DNA from: Vulcanimicrobiota bacterium
Lineage (GTDB): Bacteria > Vulcanimicrobiota > Vulcanimicrobiia > Eremiobacterales > Eremiobacteraceae
Assembly: GCA_963805945.1 (NCBI GenBank)
Contig: CAWDVP010000001.1
Location: 96,001 to 160,000 of the forward strand
DNA: 64,000 nucleotides
Direction: 5' to 3'
Shown: positions 54,043-63,663 of the stretch, in pieces
Numbering within the stretch: the stretch's first letter is position 1
Layout of the letters: each line of letters starts with the position of its first letter
Made by a program: the position numbers and the translations under genes
Notes under the pieces: model-generated
Told to the model about the DNA's origin: nothing
The model's database searches: none
Seen by the model: only the letters and a program-made list of their open reading frames with translations

Positions 54043-55404
54043 TCAACCGCCGGCTGCGACGGGTTCTTGCATGAGCTCGCGCAGCCAGGTGACGTAGGTG
54101 TTGCCGGCTTCGAACGCGGGCGAGGCGAGGATGCGCTCGTGCAGGGAGACGGTCGTCTCGACGCCCCTGATCTCAGTCTCATAGAGCGCGCGGCGCATGC
54201 GGGCGATCGCCATGGGCCGGTCGCGGTCGATGGTCACGATCTTCGCCAGCAACGAATCGTAGAACGGCGGCACCTCGGCGCCGGAATGGATCGCCGTGTC
54301 GACGCGCACGCCCGGACCGCCCGGCAGCAGCACCGCACCAAGCTTGCCGGCCGCAGGGCGGAAACCGTTGTCGACATCTTCCGCGTTGATGCGGCACTCG
54401 ATCGCGTGGCCGCGCGGGCGCAGATCCTCCTGGCGCAGCGCGAGGCGCTCGCCCGCCGCGATGCGGACCTGCCAGCGCACCAAGTCGACGCCGAACGTCG
54501 CTTCTGTGACCGCGTGCTCGACTTGGATACGCGTGTTCATCTCCATGAAATAGAACGTGCCGTCGGGGCTGAGCAAGAACTCGAGCGTGCCCGCGTTCGC
54601 GTAGTCCGCCGCGCGCGCAGCCTTCACCGCGGCGGCGCACAATTGCGCGCGCACCTCAGGATCGAGGTTCGGCGCCGGCGACTCCTCGAGTAATTTCTGG
54701 TGACTGGGTTTTTGCACCGAGCAGTCGCGCTCGCCCAGGTGCACCACATGGCCGAACTCGTCGGCGAGCACTTGCACCTCGATATGCCGCGGACGTTCGA
54801 GCAGCTTCTCAATGTACACGCGGCCGTCGGCGAAGGCCGCCTGCGCCTCGCCGCGCGCCGCGGCAAGACCCGCGAGCAGGTCCGTCTCGCGGCCGACGAT
54901 CCGCATGCCCTTGCCGCCGCCGCCCGCGGTCGCTTTGATGAGCACCGGGTAGCCGGCGTCGGCGCAGAAGCGCCGCGCTTGTTCATCCGATTCGATGATG
55001 CCCGACCCGGGCACCACGGGCACGCCCGCTTCCTGCATGCGGCGTTTGGCTGACGCCTTGTCGCCCATGAGCGCGATCGCGGCCGCCGGCGGCCCGATGA
55101 ACTTGAAGCCGTGCGATGCGCATATCTCCGCGAAGCCTGCGTTCTCCGACAGGAAGCCGTAGCCGGGATGGATGGCGTCGACGCCGGTGATCTCCGCCGC
55201 CGACACGATGTTCGGGATGTTGAGGTAGGAACGCGCCGCTTGCGGCGGTCCGACGCAGAACGCCTCGTCCGCGAGCCGCACGTGGAGCGCGTCGCGATCC
55301 GCTTCGGAGAATATCGCGACGGTGCGCACGCCGAGCTCGCGGCAGGCGCGGATCACGCGTACGGCGATTTCGCCGCGGTTAGCGATGAGGACCTTATCGA
55401 ACAC
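54043..55404 (-). CDS. accC: Biotin carboxylase
   Basis: LIANRGEIA, HPGYGFLSEN, GGGGKGM, EMNTRIQVEH, ECRINAE. Confidence 0.96.
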   Translation of the reverse strand: MFDKVLIANRGEIAVRVIRACRELGVRTVAIFSEADRDALHVRLADEAFCVGPPQAARSYLNIPNIVSAAEITGVDAIHPGYGFLSENAGFAEICASHGFKFIGPPAAAIALMGDKASAKRRMQEAGVPVVPGSGIIESDEQARRFCADAGYPVLIKATAGGGGKGMRIVGRETDLLAGLAAARGEAQAAFADGRVYIEKLLERPRHIEVQVLADEFGHVVHLGERDCSVQKPSHQKLLEESPAPNLDPEVRAQLCAAAVKAARAADYANAGTLEFLLSPDGTFYFMEMNTRIQVEHAVTEATFGVDLVRWQVRIAAGERLALRQEDLRPRGHAIECRINAEDVDNGFRPAAGKLGAVLLPGGPGVRVDTAIHSGAEVPPFYDSLLAKIVTIDRDRPMAIARMRRALYETEIRGVETTVSLHERILASPAFEAGNTYVTWLRELMQEPVAAGG

Positions 55405-55446
55405 CTAGGCTCCGATGTGCGGTCATGTGTGCGAATGCGCGAAGGG

Positions 55447-56005
55447 CTAGAGGCGCGGCGGCTCGAGCGCTTCGACGAGCGCGGGCGCAGTCATCTGCGG
55501 CGCCGGCGTCGCAGGCTGTGAGGCGCGATCGACGACGAACAGCGCTTCGCCGAAATCGACCGCCTGGCCATTTTCTGCCACCTGCGAGACGAGCACGCAT
55601 GGCCCGCCGGTGCGCACCGGGTGCTTGAGCTTGAGCGCTTCGACGTATCCGAGCACGCGATCGTCCGCGATCGCCGATCCGGGGATCGGCAAGTCGGGCG
55701 CCGCGCTGAAAATCCCGACGACGTCCGCGCTGATCGTGTCGTACGGTCGGCCGCTCTCGTCGCTCGTCATGAGCACCGGCTTGTGGCCGCTGCGAGCCGG
55801 CTTGGAGGCGCTCGTGCCGGCGGGCGCGTGCTGTTCCCCCGCGTCGGCCGCCTTCACCAGACGGATCGAGCCTTCGGAGGTTCTCAAGTCGCAACTCCAT
55901 GAGCGGCGTCGCGGCGAACGCCTTCGCCAGCGGGGTGACGCGCTCAGCGACGAAGCGTGAAAGCGCCGCGGCTGAAGTGCCGTTCGTCTCGGGTTTTTCG
56001 GACAT
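55447..56005 (-). CDS. accB: Divergent biotin carboxyl carrier protein, frameshift near 55885
   Basis: Directly upstream of accC; ISADVVGIF, VEALKL, ENGQAVDFGEALF. Confidence 0.75.
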
Positions 56006-56073
56006 CGGGTGTGGATTCGCCAAAGGTGGGACAGCGGCCTTGCCGCGCTCCTCAAAACGCGGCGAACCGACGC

Positions 56074-56466
56074 TCACAAGAGCGTGCCTTCGGCCTCGGC
56101 GGCGCGACGCCCCAAACGGTTGTCTCGCGTCAACTCGATCTCCGGCGTGGCGCCCTCGAGCAGTCGCGGCTTGCGCACCCGCACCGTCACCCGCGCGATC
56201 CGGCGGTCGCTGAGGACGTCGCTCGCGATCGCTTCCGCGAGCGCTTCAAGCAGCGCGAAAGAGCGCTGTGCTACGGTCGCCTCGACCTTCTTATATATCG
56301 CGGCATAGTCCACGGTGTCGCCGAGGTGGTCCGAGTGCGCGGCCTTAGCGAGATCGACGGTGAGTTCGAGGTCGACGTCGATCGGCTGCGCTTTCTCCCG
56401 CTCGTCGGGAAGCGCACCGTGCTTGCCCCAGAACCGCATCCCGCTCACGCGGATCGCATCCGGCAT
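56074..56466 (-). CDS. folB: Dihydroneopterin aldolase
   Basis: FWGKHG...ERE, DTVDY, LLEALAE, VRKP. Confidence 0.93.
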   Translation of the reverse strand: MPDAIRVSGMRFWGKHGALPDEREKAQPIDVDLELTVDLAKAAHSDHLGDTVDYAAIYKKVEATVAQRSFALLEALAEAIASDVLSDRRIARVTVRVRKPRLLEGATPEIELTRDNRLGRRAAEAEGTLL

Positions 56467-57329
56467 CAGGGCTCTTCCCGGCAGATCGCGTCGGCGACTT
56501 GGACGACCGCCGCCATGTCGACGACGTCGTGCACGCGCACGATGTCCGCGCCGCCGGCGATCGCGAGCGCGACCGAAGCGGCCGTGCCGAACGCGCGACG
56601 CTCCAGCGGCAGGCCGGTGATCTTCCCGATGAACGATTTGCGCGACGTACCGACGAGCAGCGGGAACTCGAGCCGTTGCCGGAACTCATGCAGCCGGTGC
56701 AGGATCTCGATATTGTGCTCGGCGGTCTTGCCGAACCCGATGCCCGGATCGACGATGATGTGCTCGCGCGCGACGCCGGCCTCGATCGCGTCATCCGCGG
56801 AGCGGCGCAATGATTCGATGACTTCGTCCACCACATCGCCTCGGTAGTCGGGAGCGGCGCGGTTGTGCATGATGACCAGCGGAGTTCCGACCTCCGCCGC
56901 TGCGTCAGCGACGCCCGGCATGGCGCCCCACACGCAGTTGACCATGTCGGCGCCGATCGCCAGGGCCTTGGTCGCGATCGCCGGTTTGAACGTATCGATC
57001 GAGATCGGCACGTCCGGCAGCGCGGCCCGCACCGCGGCCACGACGGGCAGCGCACGCGCCGCTTCTTCTTCTTCTGTGACGGGTTCGTGCCCGGGCCGGG
57101 TGGACTCGCCGCCGATGTCGATGATGTCGCAGCCGGCCTCGGCGAACTCGAGCGCGCGCCGCACCGCGGCGTCGGGATCCGCACCGATGCCGTCGCCCGA
57201 GAACGAGTCGGGTGTCGCGTTGATGATCCCCATGAGATAGGTGCGCGCGCCCCACACGAAATCACGGCCGCGCAACGTCAGTGTCGGTCGAATGAATTCG
57301 ACCGCTCCGACCTTCTTAGACTTGTGCAT
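56466..57329 (-). CDS. folP: Dihydropteroate synthase
   Basis: MGIINATPDSFS, DIGGESTRPG, DPGIGFGK, SRKSF, VRVHDV. Confidence 0.95.
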   Translation of the reverse strand: MHKSKKVGAVEFIRPTLTLRGRDFVWGARTYLMGIINATPDSFSGDGIGADPDAAVRRALEFAEAGCDIIDIGGESTRPGHEPVTEEEEAARALPVVAAVRAALPDVPISIDTFKPAIATKALAIGADMVNCVWGAMPGVADAAAEVGTPLVIMHNRAAPDYRGDVVDEVIESLRRSADDAIEAGVAREHIIVDPGIGFGKTAEHNIEILHRLHEFRQRLEFPLLVGTSRKSFIGKITGLPLERRAFGTAASVALAIAGGADIVRVHDVVDMAAVVQVADAICREEP

Positions 57330-58647
57330 GCCCGTGTGCGCCGACGTTCTCGAGGAACCAATCGCGCAGCGCCGCGACCAGGAACGTCGAACCGGTGACC
57401 ACCACGAGATCGCCGGCACCGGCGACGCGGCGTGCCACCGACAGCGCTTCGACGGGATCGCCGACCGCGCGCGCGGTCAGGCCCCGCGACTGGGCGATGT
57501 TCGCCAGGTTCATCTGCGGCATCGCCGCGCGATGCGAGACGTCGAAGGTGGTGAAGATCCACTGCGCCGGCAGCGCCGCCCAGGCGTCGAGCATGGCCGC
57601 GGCATCTTTGCTCTCCGAGATGGCGACGACGAAGACGAAACGGCGATCGGGGAAGTGCCGCAGCAGCGCGGCCGCGAGCGCCGCGGCTTTCTCCGCGTTG
57701 TGGGCGACGTCGAAGAGCAGTGAGGGCCGCGATGGATGGAATTCCATGCGCCCCGGCAGCGACAATCCCGCCAGCCCGGCGGCGGCGCTCTGCGCGCTGA
57801 ACGGGAAACGCTGCTCGATCTGCTCGCACGCGATGAGCGCCGTCGCCGCGTTGAGGATCTGGAATTCGCCGAGCAGCGGTATGGTCACGTCGTAGCGCCG
57901 GCGCGACGTCACGACGGAAAAGGTCTGCGAGTATGACGACACGGCGGCTTCGGACACGATCTCCGCCGCCTGTTGTACGACCACGAGCGGCGCGCTCTTG
58001 GCGCGCGCGGCCGCCTCGATGATGCGCAGCGCCTCGCCGTGCGCCGCGGTGACCACCGGCGTCGCCTGCTTGATGATACCGGCCTTATCGGTCGCGATCG
58101 CCTCGATGGTGTCGCCGAGCACTTCGGTGTGGTCGAAGCCGACGTTTGTCAAAACGCTGACGAGCGGCTCGAGCACGTTGGTGCCGTCCAGCGTGCCGCC
58201 GATGCCGACCTCGACGACGGCGAGATCCACATGCTCCTCGGCGAAGTACCGGAACGTCAAGGCGACGAGCAGCTCGAAGTACGACGGGCGTCCCCACTCG
58301 CCCGCCTCCATCTCCTCGATCGCCGGCAACATGCTCCCCATGAGCTCGCCGAAGCGGTCCTCGCTGATGGCGATGCCGTTGATGCGCGCGCGCTCGGTGA
58401 CGGACCGCATGTGCGGCTTGGTGTGGAGTCCGACCTTGAAGCCGGACGCGGTGAGGATCGCCGCGCACATCGAGGCCGTCGATCCCTTGCCGGCGGTGCC
58501 GCCGACGTGGACGCTCGGAAACGCGCGCTGCGGTTCGCCGAGCAGGGTGAGCAGCGCGCGCATGCGGTCGAGCCTGCCCGGATGGCGGCGCGACACGCCT
58601 TCATGCTGTGACGCCTGCAAGATGCGCTCGGCGAGTGCGAAATCCAT
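57316..58647 (-). CDS. folC: Folylpolyglutamate/dihydrofolate synthase
   Basis: HVGGTAGKGST, EVGIGGTLDGTN, DHTEVLGDT, DVAHN, VTGS. Confidence 0.93.
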   Translation of the reverse strand: MDFALAERILQASQHEGVSRRHPGRLDRMRALLTLLGEPQRAFPSVHVGGTAGKGSTASMCAAILTASGFKVGLHTKPHMRSVTERARINGIAISEDRFGELMGSMLPAIEEMEAGEWGRPSYFELLVALTFRYFAEEHVDLAVVEVGIGGTLDGTNVLEPLVSVLTNVGFDHTEVLGDTIEAIATDKAGIIKQATPVVTAAHGEALRIIEAAARAKSAPLVVVQQAAEIVSEAAVSSYSQTFSVVTSRRRYDVTIPLLGEFQILNAATALIACEQIEQRFPFSAQSAAAGLAGLSLPGRMEFHPSRPSLLFDVAHNAEKAAALAAALLRHFPDRRFVFVVAISESKDAAAMLDAWAALPAQWIFTTFDVSHRAAMPQMNLANIAQSRGLTARAVGDPVEALSVARRVAGAGDLVVVTGSTFLVAALRDWFLENVGAHGHAQV

Positions 58648-59171
58648 CAGCTCACCTGCGCCGGATGCTCGCCGATCGCACCCGAGAGCAACCCCATCGC
58701 GTGCGGCAGGACACCTGAGATCACCGCGAGCGTCTCGGCTGCGCCCTTCGGACTTCCCGGAAGATTGACGATCAGCGTGCGCCGCCGAACCGCCGCGACC
58801 GCGCGCGATAGCATAGCGGTGGGGACGGTCGCGAGGCTCGCCGCGCGCATCGCCTCTGCGAGGCCCGGCACTTCGTAATCCGCCACGGCTATAGTCGCTT
58901 GGGGCGTGACATCGCGCGGGCCAAGTCCCGTGCCGCCGCTCGTGAGGACGCAATCGGCATTGCCGCCGTCGCAGATGTCGCGCAGCAGGGCTTCGATGGA
59001 GGCGCGATCGTCCGGCAGAACGGTCTCGAGCACGACCTTGCAGCCCGCAGGCAGCCCCGCGCGCATGATCGCGGTGCAATCATCCTTGCGCTGGCCCGAC
59101 GAGGCTTTGTCAGACAGCACGACCAGCGCGATGCGCCACTGTTTGCCCGCCGATCCGTCAGCGTGGCTCAC
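58647..59171 (-). CDS. mog: Molybdopterin adenylyltransferase (Mog/MoaB family)
   Basis: SDKASSG, TSGGTGLGPRDVTP, NLPGSPK. Confidence 0.9.
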   Translation of the reverse strand: MSHADGSAGKQWRIALVVLSDKASSGQRKDDCTAIMRAGLPAGCKVVLETVLPDDRASIEALLRDICDGGNADCVLTSGGTGLGPRDVTPQATIAVADYEVPGLAEAMRAASLATVPTAMLSRAVAAVRRRTLIVNLPGSPKGAAETLAVISGVLPHAMGLLSGAIGEHPAQVS

Positions 59172-59677
59172 GCGCGCGACCTCTTGAAGGCACCGCTCTT
59201 GCCGCCGCTCTTCTCAAGAAGACGAACGCTCTCGATCGTGATGCCCTTGTCGAGAGCCTTGCACATGTCATACACGGTGAGCGCGGCGACCGCGGCCCCC
59301 GTCATCGCTTCCATCTCGACGCCGGTCGTGCCGGCGCAGGCGGCTTCGCACTCGATGCGCACGGTGCCGGGCGCGCGCAGCGTCAGCACGACCGCCACGT
59401 GTGAAAGCGCGAGAGCGTGGCACAGCGGGATGAGCTCGGCGGTCCGCTTGGCGGCGCCGATGCCGGCGAGCTGCGCCGTCGTGAGCACGTCGCCTTTCGC
59501 CACCGCCCCGCGCCGGAGCGCGGCAAACGCGGCCGGCGACATGCTCATCAGCGCTTCGGCGCGAGCCCGCCGCTGGGTGATCGGCTTCGCCCCGACGTCG
59601 ACCATGCGCACCGAGCCGTTCGGCGCGACGTGCGTCAAACGTGGAGTCTTGCGTCGTGAGTCGGTCCGCGCGGTCAT
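59168..59677 (-). CDS. moaC: Cyclic pyranopterin monophosphate synthase
   Basis: LTH, MVDV, KGDVL, LIPLCH, TGVEMEA, YDMCKA, KSGGKSG. Confidence 0.96.
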   Translation of the reverse strand: MTARTDSRRKTPRLTHVAPNGSVRMVDVGAKPITQRRARAEALMSMSPAAFAALRRGAVAKGDVLTTAQLAGIGAAKRTAELIPLCHALALSHVAVVLTLRAPGTVRIECEAACAGTTGVEMEAMTGAAVAALTVYDMCKALDKGITIESVRLLEKSGGKSGAFKRSRA

Positions 59678-59744
59678 CGCGGGCGGTCTTCTCGGATCGC
59701 CCGCGATTCTCCGCGTTGCCGGAGTCGTGACACCAACGGGCCGG

Positions 59745-60167
59745 TCAGTACGTCACGAACCCAACATCATCATCGCCGGCCTGGCGGGCCGCGTCGAGCA
59801 CCTTGATGACGCGATCGTAGGCGGCCGACCGGTCGGCGAGCAGCGCGATGTGCTTGGTGAATCCCTTACGGTGGTCGTGCGCCTTCACCGCCGCCGCCAT
59901 CGCCGCATAGAGCTTAGCACCGCTGCACGGCACGCCGTCGATCGTGATCCGCCCGGCCCGGGAGATCGCGACGTCGATCTGGTGCAGCGGCGGCGGACCG
60001 CCTCTGACGGGCGGCGGTGCAGGCGACCACTGCTTCTGAAACCCCGGAGGCGCGACGAGCGCCGCCAGGATCATGAAGATGATGAGCAGGACCAGCAGTA
60101 CGTCAGCGAACGGCGTGATGTTGATCTCTGCCATCGTGTCGTCGTAGACGCGCGCGTGCGTCGTCAT
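59745..60167 (-). CDS. exbD: Biopolymer transporter ExbD
   Basis: EINITPFADVLLVLLIIFM. Confidence 0.9.
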   Translation of the reverse strand: MTTHARVYDDTMAEINITPFADVLLVLLIIFMILAALVAPPGFQKQWSPAPPPVRGGPPPLHQIDVAISRAGRITIDGVPCSGAKLYAAMAAAVKAHDHRKGFTKHIALLADRSAAYDRVIKVLDAARQAGDDDVGFVTY

Positions 60168-60177
60168 AGCCGCCTCC

Positions 60178-60867
60178 TCACGAGTCCAGCCTGAATTGGT
60201 AGACCACCTGATAGAGCTCAGCCTCGGGCCGGCCCGCTTCGTGCGGACATGCATACGTGCTGCGTTGCGCGGCGTCGACCGCCGCGCGATCGAGCGCGGC
60301 ATTGCCCGATGAGGCGCCGACGCGCGCCGAAAGCACTTGGCCGTCCGGCGCGATGGAGATGACCACGACGACGGTGCCGGAGATGCCGGCCTGCTTCTCT
60401 GAGTCGGGATAATCAGGCTCGACCTTGCGGAGGATGCGGCATGCACCGAACGCCGGCGCCGCGCTCGGCGACTCGTCTGGCGTTGGGGTTCCCGTGTTTC
60501 CAGGCGGCGCGCTCGGCGGCACATCGATCCCGGGACCGGCGGTCGGCCCAGGCGGCAACTGCGGCGGCGAGACCGGGCGGCGCCGGCTGGGCGCGGCGGA
60601 CGAGGCGGCTGAAGGTTTAGGCGTCTCGGTGTGCGCGACCGGCGGCGGTGTCGGCGGCGGGGGCGTGTCCAGACTCCCCATGATGAGCGTCTCGTGCGGT
60701 TGCGGCACGGCATCCGGCGGCGTGGGTAGCGGATGGTAGAACGAACCCAAGACGAAGTGCATCAGCGCCGACAGCACCACGAACGCAACGGTCAACAGCA
60801 CGATCGCTTTGCGTTCGCGCTTGGACGACTCGGCTTGGGTTATAGACAAGCGGGGGGATGGAGCCAC
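60178..60867 (-). CDS. tonB: Energy transducer TonB
   Basis: TM segment with SxxxH, Pro-rich spacer, PDYP...SSGNAALDRAA. Confidence 0.88.
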   Translation of the reverse strand: MAPSPRLSITQAESSKRERKAIVLLTVAFVVLSALMHFVLGSFYHPLPTPPDAVPQPHETLIMGSLDTPPPPTPPPVAHTETPKPSAASSAAPSRRRPVSPPQLPPGPTAGPGIDVPPSAPPGNTGTPTPDESPSAAPAFGACRILRKVEPDYPDSEKQAGISGTVVVVISIAPDGQVLSARVGASSGNAALDRAAVDAAQRSTYACPHEAGRPEAELYQVVYQFRLDS

Positions 60868-60897
60868 AACGGCCTCCTTGCTCCCGCCTGCTGCCTA

Positions 60898-61828
60898 TTA
60901 TATACGTGTCGAGGGCGGAGCGCAATCGGCCGGGTGGCCAGGACCGAGCGCTGGACTACAGGTGCCGGCGTGCCCCCGCAGCGCCAAGAACACGATCATG
61001 AACAGGCCGAACGCCCAGCAGTAGACGGCGAACGGCGTCAGCCGGTGCTGGTCGACGTAGCGCATGAAGAAGCGGATCGCGAACATGCCCGAGATGAGGG
61101 CCGCCAGGAATCCGGCGACGATGAGCGCGGTCGGCTCGGGCGCCGCCGAGAGCGACGCGATGCCGTGGAGCCCGCTGGCAGTTGCCTCGGTCGCGTGGGG
61201 ATGCACGATGCGCCGCAGCTCGAAGGCGCTGGCTCCCGCGATCGCGGGACCTGCCAGCAAGAACGAGAAGCGCGCCGCTTGCTCGCGCGACAGGCCGGCG
61301 AGCATGCCCGCCGAGATCGAGAAGCCCGAGCGAGAGCCTCCCGGGATCAAGCCCCGCGATCTGGCTGAGGCCGATGTAGAACGCGCCGGCCCACGAGAGC
61401 TGCTCCGCTTCGCCGGCCTTGGCAGGCAGGCGCTCGATGAGGAAGAGCACGAGGCCGGTGACGAGCAGCCCGACCGCCGCGACCATCGGTATGGCGAAGA
61501 GCGGATCCAATCGTTTCTCGAGCAGGTAGCCGAACACGGCCAGCGGCAGCGTGCCGAGGATGACGAGCAGCGCGAGCCGCTCGCTGCCCTTTGCCCAGCG
61601 ATCGGCGAAGCCCGTGAAGAAACCCGCCACAAGCGCCCAGTAATCGCGCGCGAAATACACGAGCACCGCCAGGAACGTGCCGAAATGCAGCATGACGACG
61701 AACGGCAGGCTGGGCGGCGTCCATCCGAACAGCGCGGAGATGAGCAGCGTGTGCGCCGCGCTGCTGATGGGGAACAACTCGGCGATGCCCTGGATCAGGC
61801 CGAGCGCGATCGCTTGGAAGAGGCTCAC
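60898..61828 (-). CDS. uppP: Undecaprenyl-diphosphatase, frameshift near 61355 (3' end uncertain)
   Basis: QGIAELFPISSAAH, LHFGT, PGGSRSG, AARFSFL. Confidence 0.9.
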
Positions 61829-61857
61829 GCCTTAGCTCCGGACGGCAGGCCTCGGGC

Positions 61858-61884
61858 GGTCGAATAAATTCGACCGCTCCATAC
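61858..61884 (-). repeat. GGAG-type REP-like palindrome (other copies near 1240, 2718, 16963, 29191, 29231, 44307, 57286)
   Basis: GTATGGAG-CGGTCGAAT-TT-ATTCGACC; identical to 1240..1266. Confidence 0.8.
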
Positions 61885-61895
61885 GCCGTCGAGCG

Positions 61896-62615
61896 CTATT
61901 CGAGCTTGAAGACGTACTCGATCAGATACGGCGTCTGCACCGACGGCGGCCGGTAGCCTGTCTCTCGCGCAGCCTTGATCGCTGCGCCGTCCAACAAGGC
62001 GTTGCCCGAGGATTGGTAGATCCTCGCTGACACCACCGCGCCGCTCGTCGAGATCGTGACCTCGACGATGGCCGTCCCCTGGATGCCCTGGTCTTTCGCT
62101 ATCTCGGGGTATTCCGGCTCGACTTTGTGCGTGATCGACGCATCGGTGATCTCGGTCGGGCCGCGCGGCGTCGCGACCGGTTCGGTCGTGGGGACGCCCT
62201 GCGGCACGCCGTTCTCGCTGCCGTGCGGCGGCGGTGTGTAGGCGACCTCAGCCGGACCCGTACCGCCCGTGCTATGCGAGTGCATGACGTTGAGCTTGAG
62301 CCGAGGCGGCGGCGGCGTGTTCTTCAGCGGCGGCGGCGTCGGCGTGGGCGGGGGCGTCGGCGTGGGCGGGGGCGTCGGTTTGGGCGTCGGCGGCGGCTTG
62401 ATGAGCGTCTGGACGACGACCCTTTGCGGCGGCGGCGTGGCCTCTTCTTTGAACTTGGGGATGAGCTTCTCACCGACGCTGCCCATGACGAAATGGCCCA
62501 CTGCCGACAAGACGATGAAGCCGATCGAAAGATAGATGAGCGCATAACGCTCGCGCTTGGTGAAAAGCGCCGGCGTGGTGCGGCCGACTTGAGGCGCCCT
62601 GGGGGTCGTCGCCAC
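61896..62615 (-). CDS. tonB: Energy transducer TonB
   Basis: SAVGH TM segment, PT repeats, PEYPEIAK, SSGNALLD. Confidence 0.9.
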   Translation of the reverse strand: MATTPRAPQVGRTTPALFTKRERYALIYLSIGFIVLSAVGHFVMGSVGEKLIPKFKEEATPPPQRVVVQTLIKPPPTPKPTPPPTPTPPPTPTPPPLKNTPPPPRLKLNVMHSHSTGGTGPAEVAYTPPPHGSENGVPQGVPTTEPVATPRGPTEITDASITHKVEPEYPEIAKDQGIQGTAIVEVTISTSGAVVSARIYQSSGNALLDGAAIKAARETGYRPPSVQTPYLIEYVFKLE

Positions 62616-62650
62616 CTAGACCAGTTCCTTTCTGCCCGCGCGCGTGGCCA

Positions 62651-63094
62651 TCAATTCTGCACCGCGTTGTCCGCAGCGCCCTGTATCTTGTTCGCCAAGC
62701 CGAATTTGTTGAAGCCCGCGGTCTTGGCGGCGTCCATCACGCGCAACACGGTCCCGTATTTCGACGTCGGCGCGGCCTTGATGATGATGTCGGTCTGCGT
62801 CTGGTTGAACTGGTCGAAGTACTCCTTGAAACGATCGTAGATCTTGTCCTCGGGCACGATCTCGGCGCCGACCTGGATCTCATCCTTGTTGGTCAAGATG
62901 TTGCGATGGATGATCACGGTGATCGGCGAGTTCGTCACCTTGAGCTTGTTCAGCGCCTCGGGGACGGGCGGCGGTTTCAGCAGCGAGGTGAGGATCATGA
63001 AGATGATGAGCAGCACCAGCAGCACGTCGCAGAACGGCGTGATGTTGATGGTGGACATCACATCTTCTTCTGGGTTCGAGCCTACCATCGACAT
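62651..63094 (-). CDS. exbD: Biopolymer transporter ExbD
   Basis: INITPFCDVLLVLLIIFM, YGTVLRVMD. Confidence 0.9.
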   Translation of the reverse strand: MSMVGSNPEEDVMSTINITPFCDVLLVLLIIFMILTSLLKPPPVPEALNKLKVTNSPITVIIHRNILTNKDEIQVGAEIVPEDKIYDRFKEYFDQFNQTQTDIIIKAAPTSKYGTVLRVMDAAKTAGFNKFGLANKIQGAADNAVQN

Positions 63095-63117
63095 GGCGAA
63101 TACTTCTCCAAAAGACG

Positions 63118-63556
63118 CTACTGCGTGACGAAGCCGACGTCATCGTCGCCGGCTTGACGTGCCGCGTCGAGGATCTTGATGATGGTGTTGTAGTTCGCGG
63201 CCGCGTCGGCGATGAGCGAGATATGCGTGAGATAGCCCTGCGCGGCGTGCTCTTTGTGGTACTTGACCGCAGTCGACATGTCGTCGTACAGACGACGCTT
63301 CTGTGGTCGGACGGCCGTCGACGAAGATGTGGTTCGTCGCCGACACTTCGATCTCGATCTGATGCTTCAGCTGGCTCTGGTTGATCTTCGTGGGAGCGTC
63401 GCTCTTCTTCGGCAATTCTTTTTGGAAGCCGGGCGGCGCGGCGAGCGCGGCCAGGATCATGAAGATGATGAGCAGCACGAGGAGCACGTCGCAGAACGGC
63501 GTGATGTTGATCTCCGCCATCACCTCTGCGTCTTGCGCGGTTGATGTCATGCCCAT
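63118..63556 (-). CDS. exbD: Biopolymer transporter ExbD, frameshift near 63290
   Basis: EINITPFCDVLLVLLIIFM; the other frame ends IKILDAARQAGDDDVGFVTQ*. Confidence 0.85.
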
Positions 63557-63663
63557 GGTCGCATATGCCTCTTAGTCGCTTACGCTTGGTCCGAGGTTCA
63601 TCGGCGACGAGGCGATGGGCGGCGCTTGCGCGCGCCGTCCCACCGCTTCCGCCTATGTCCCTC

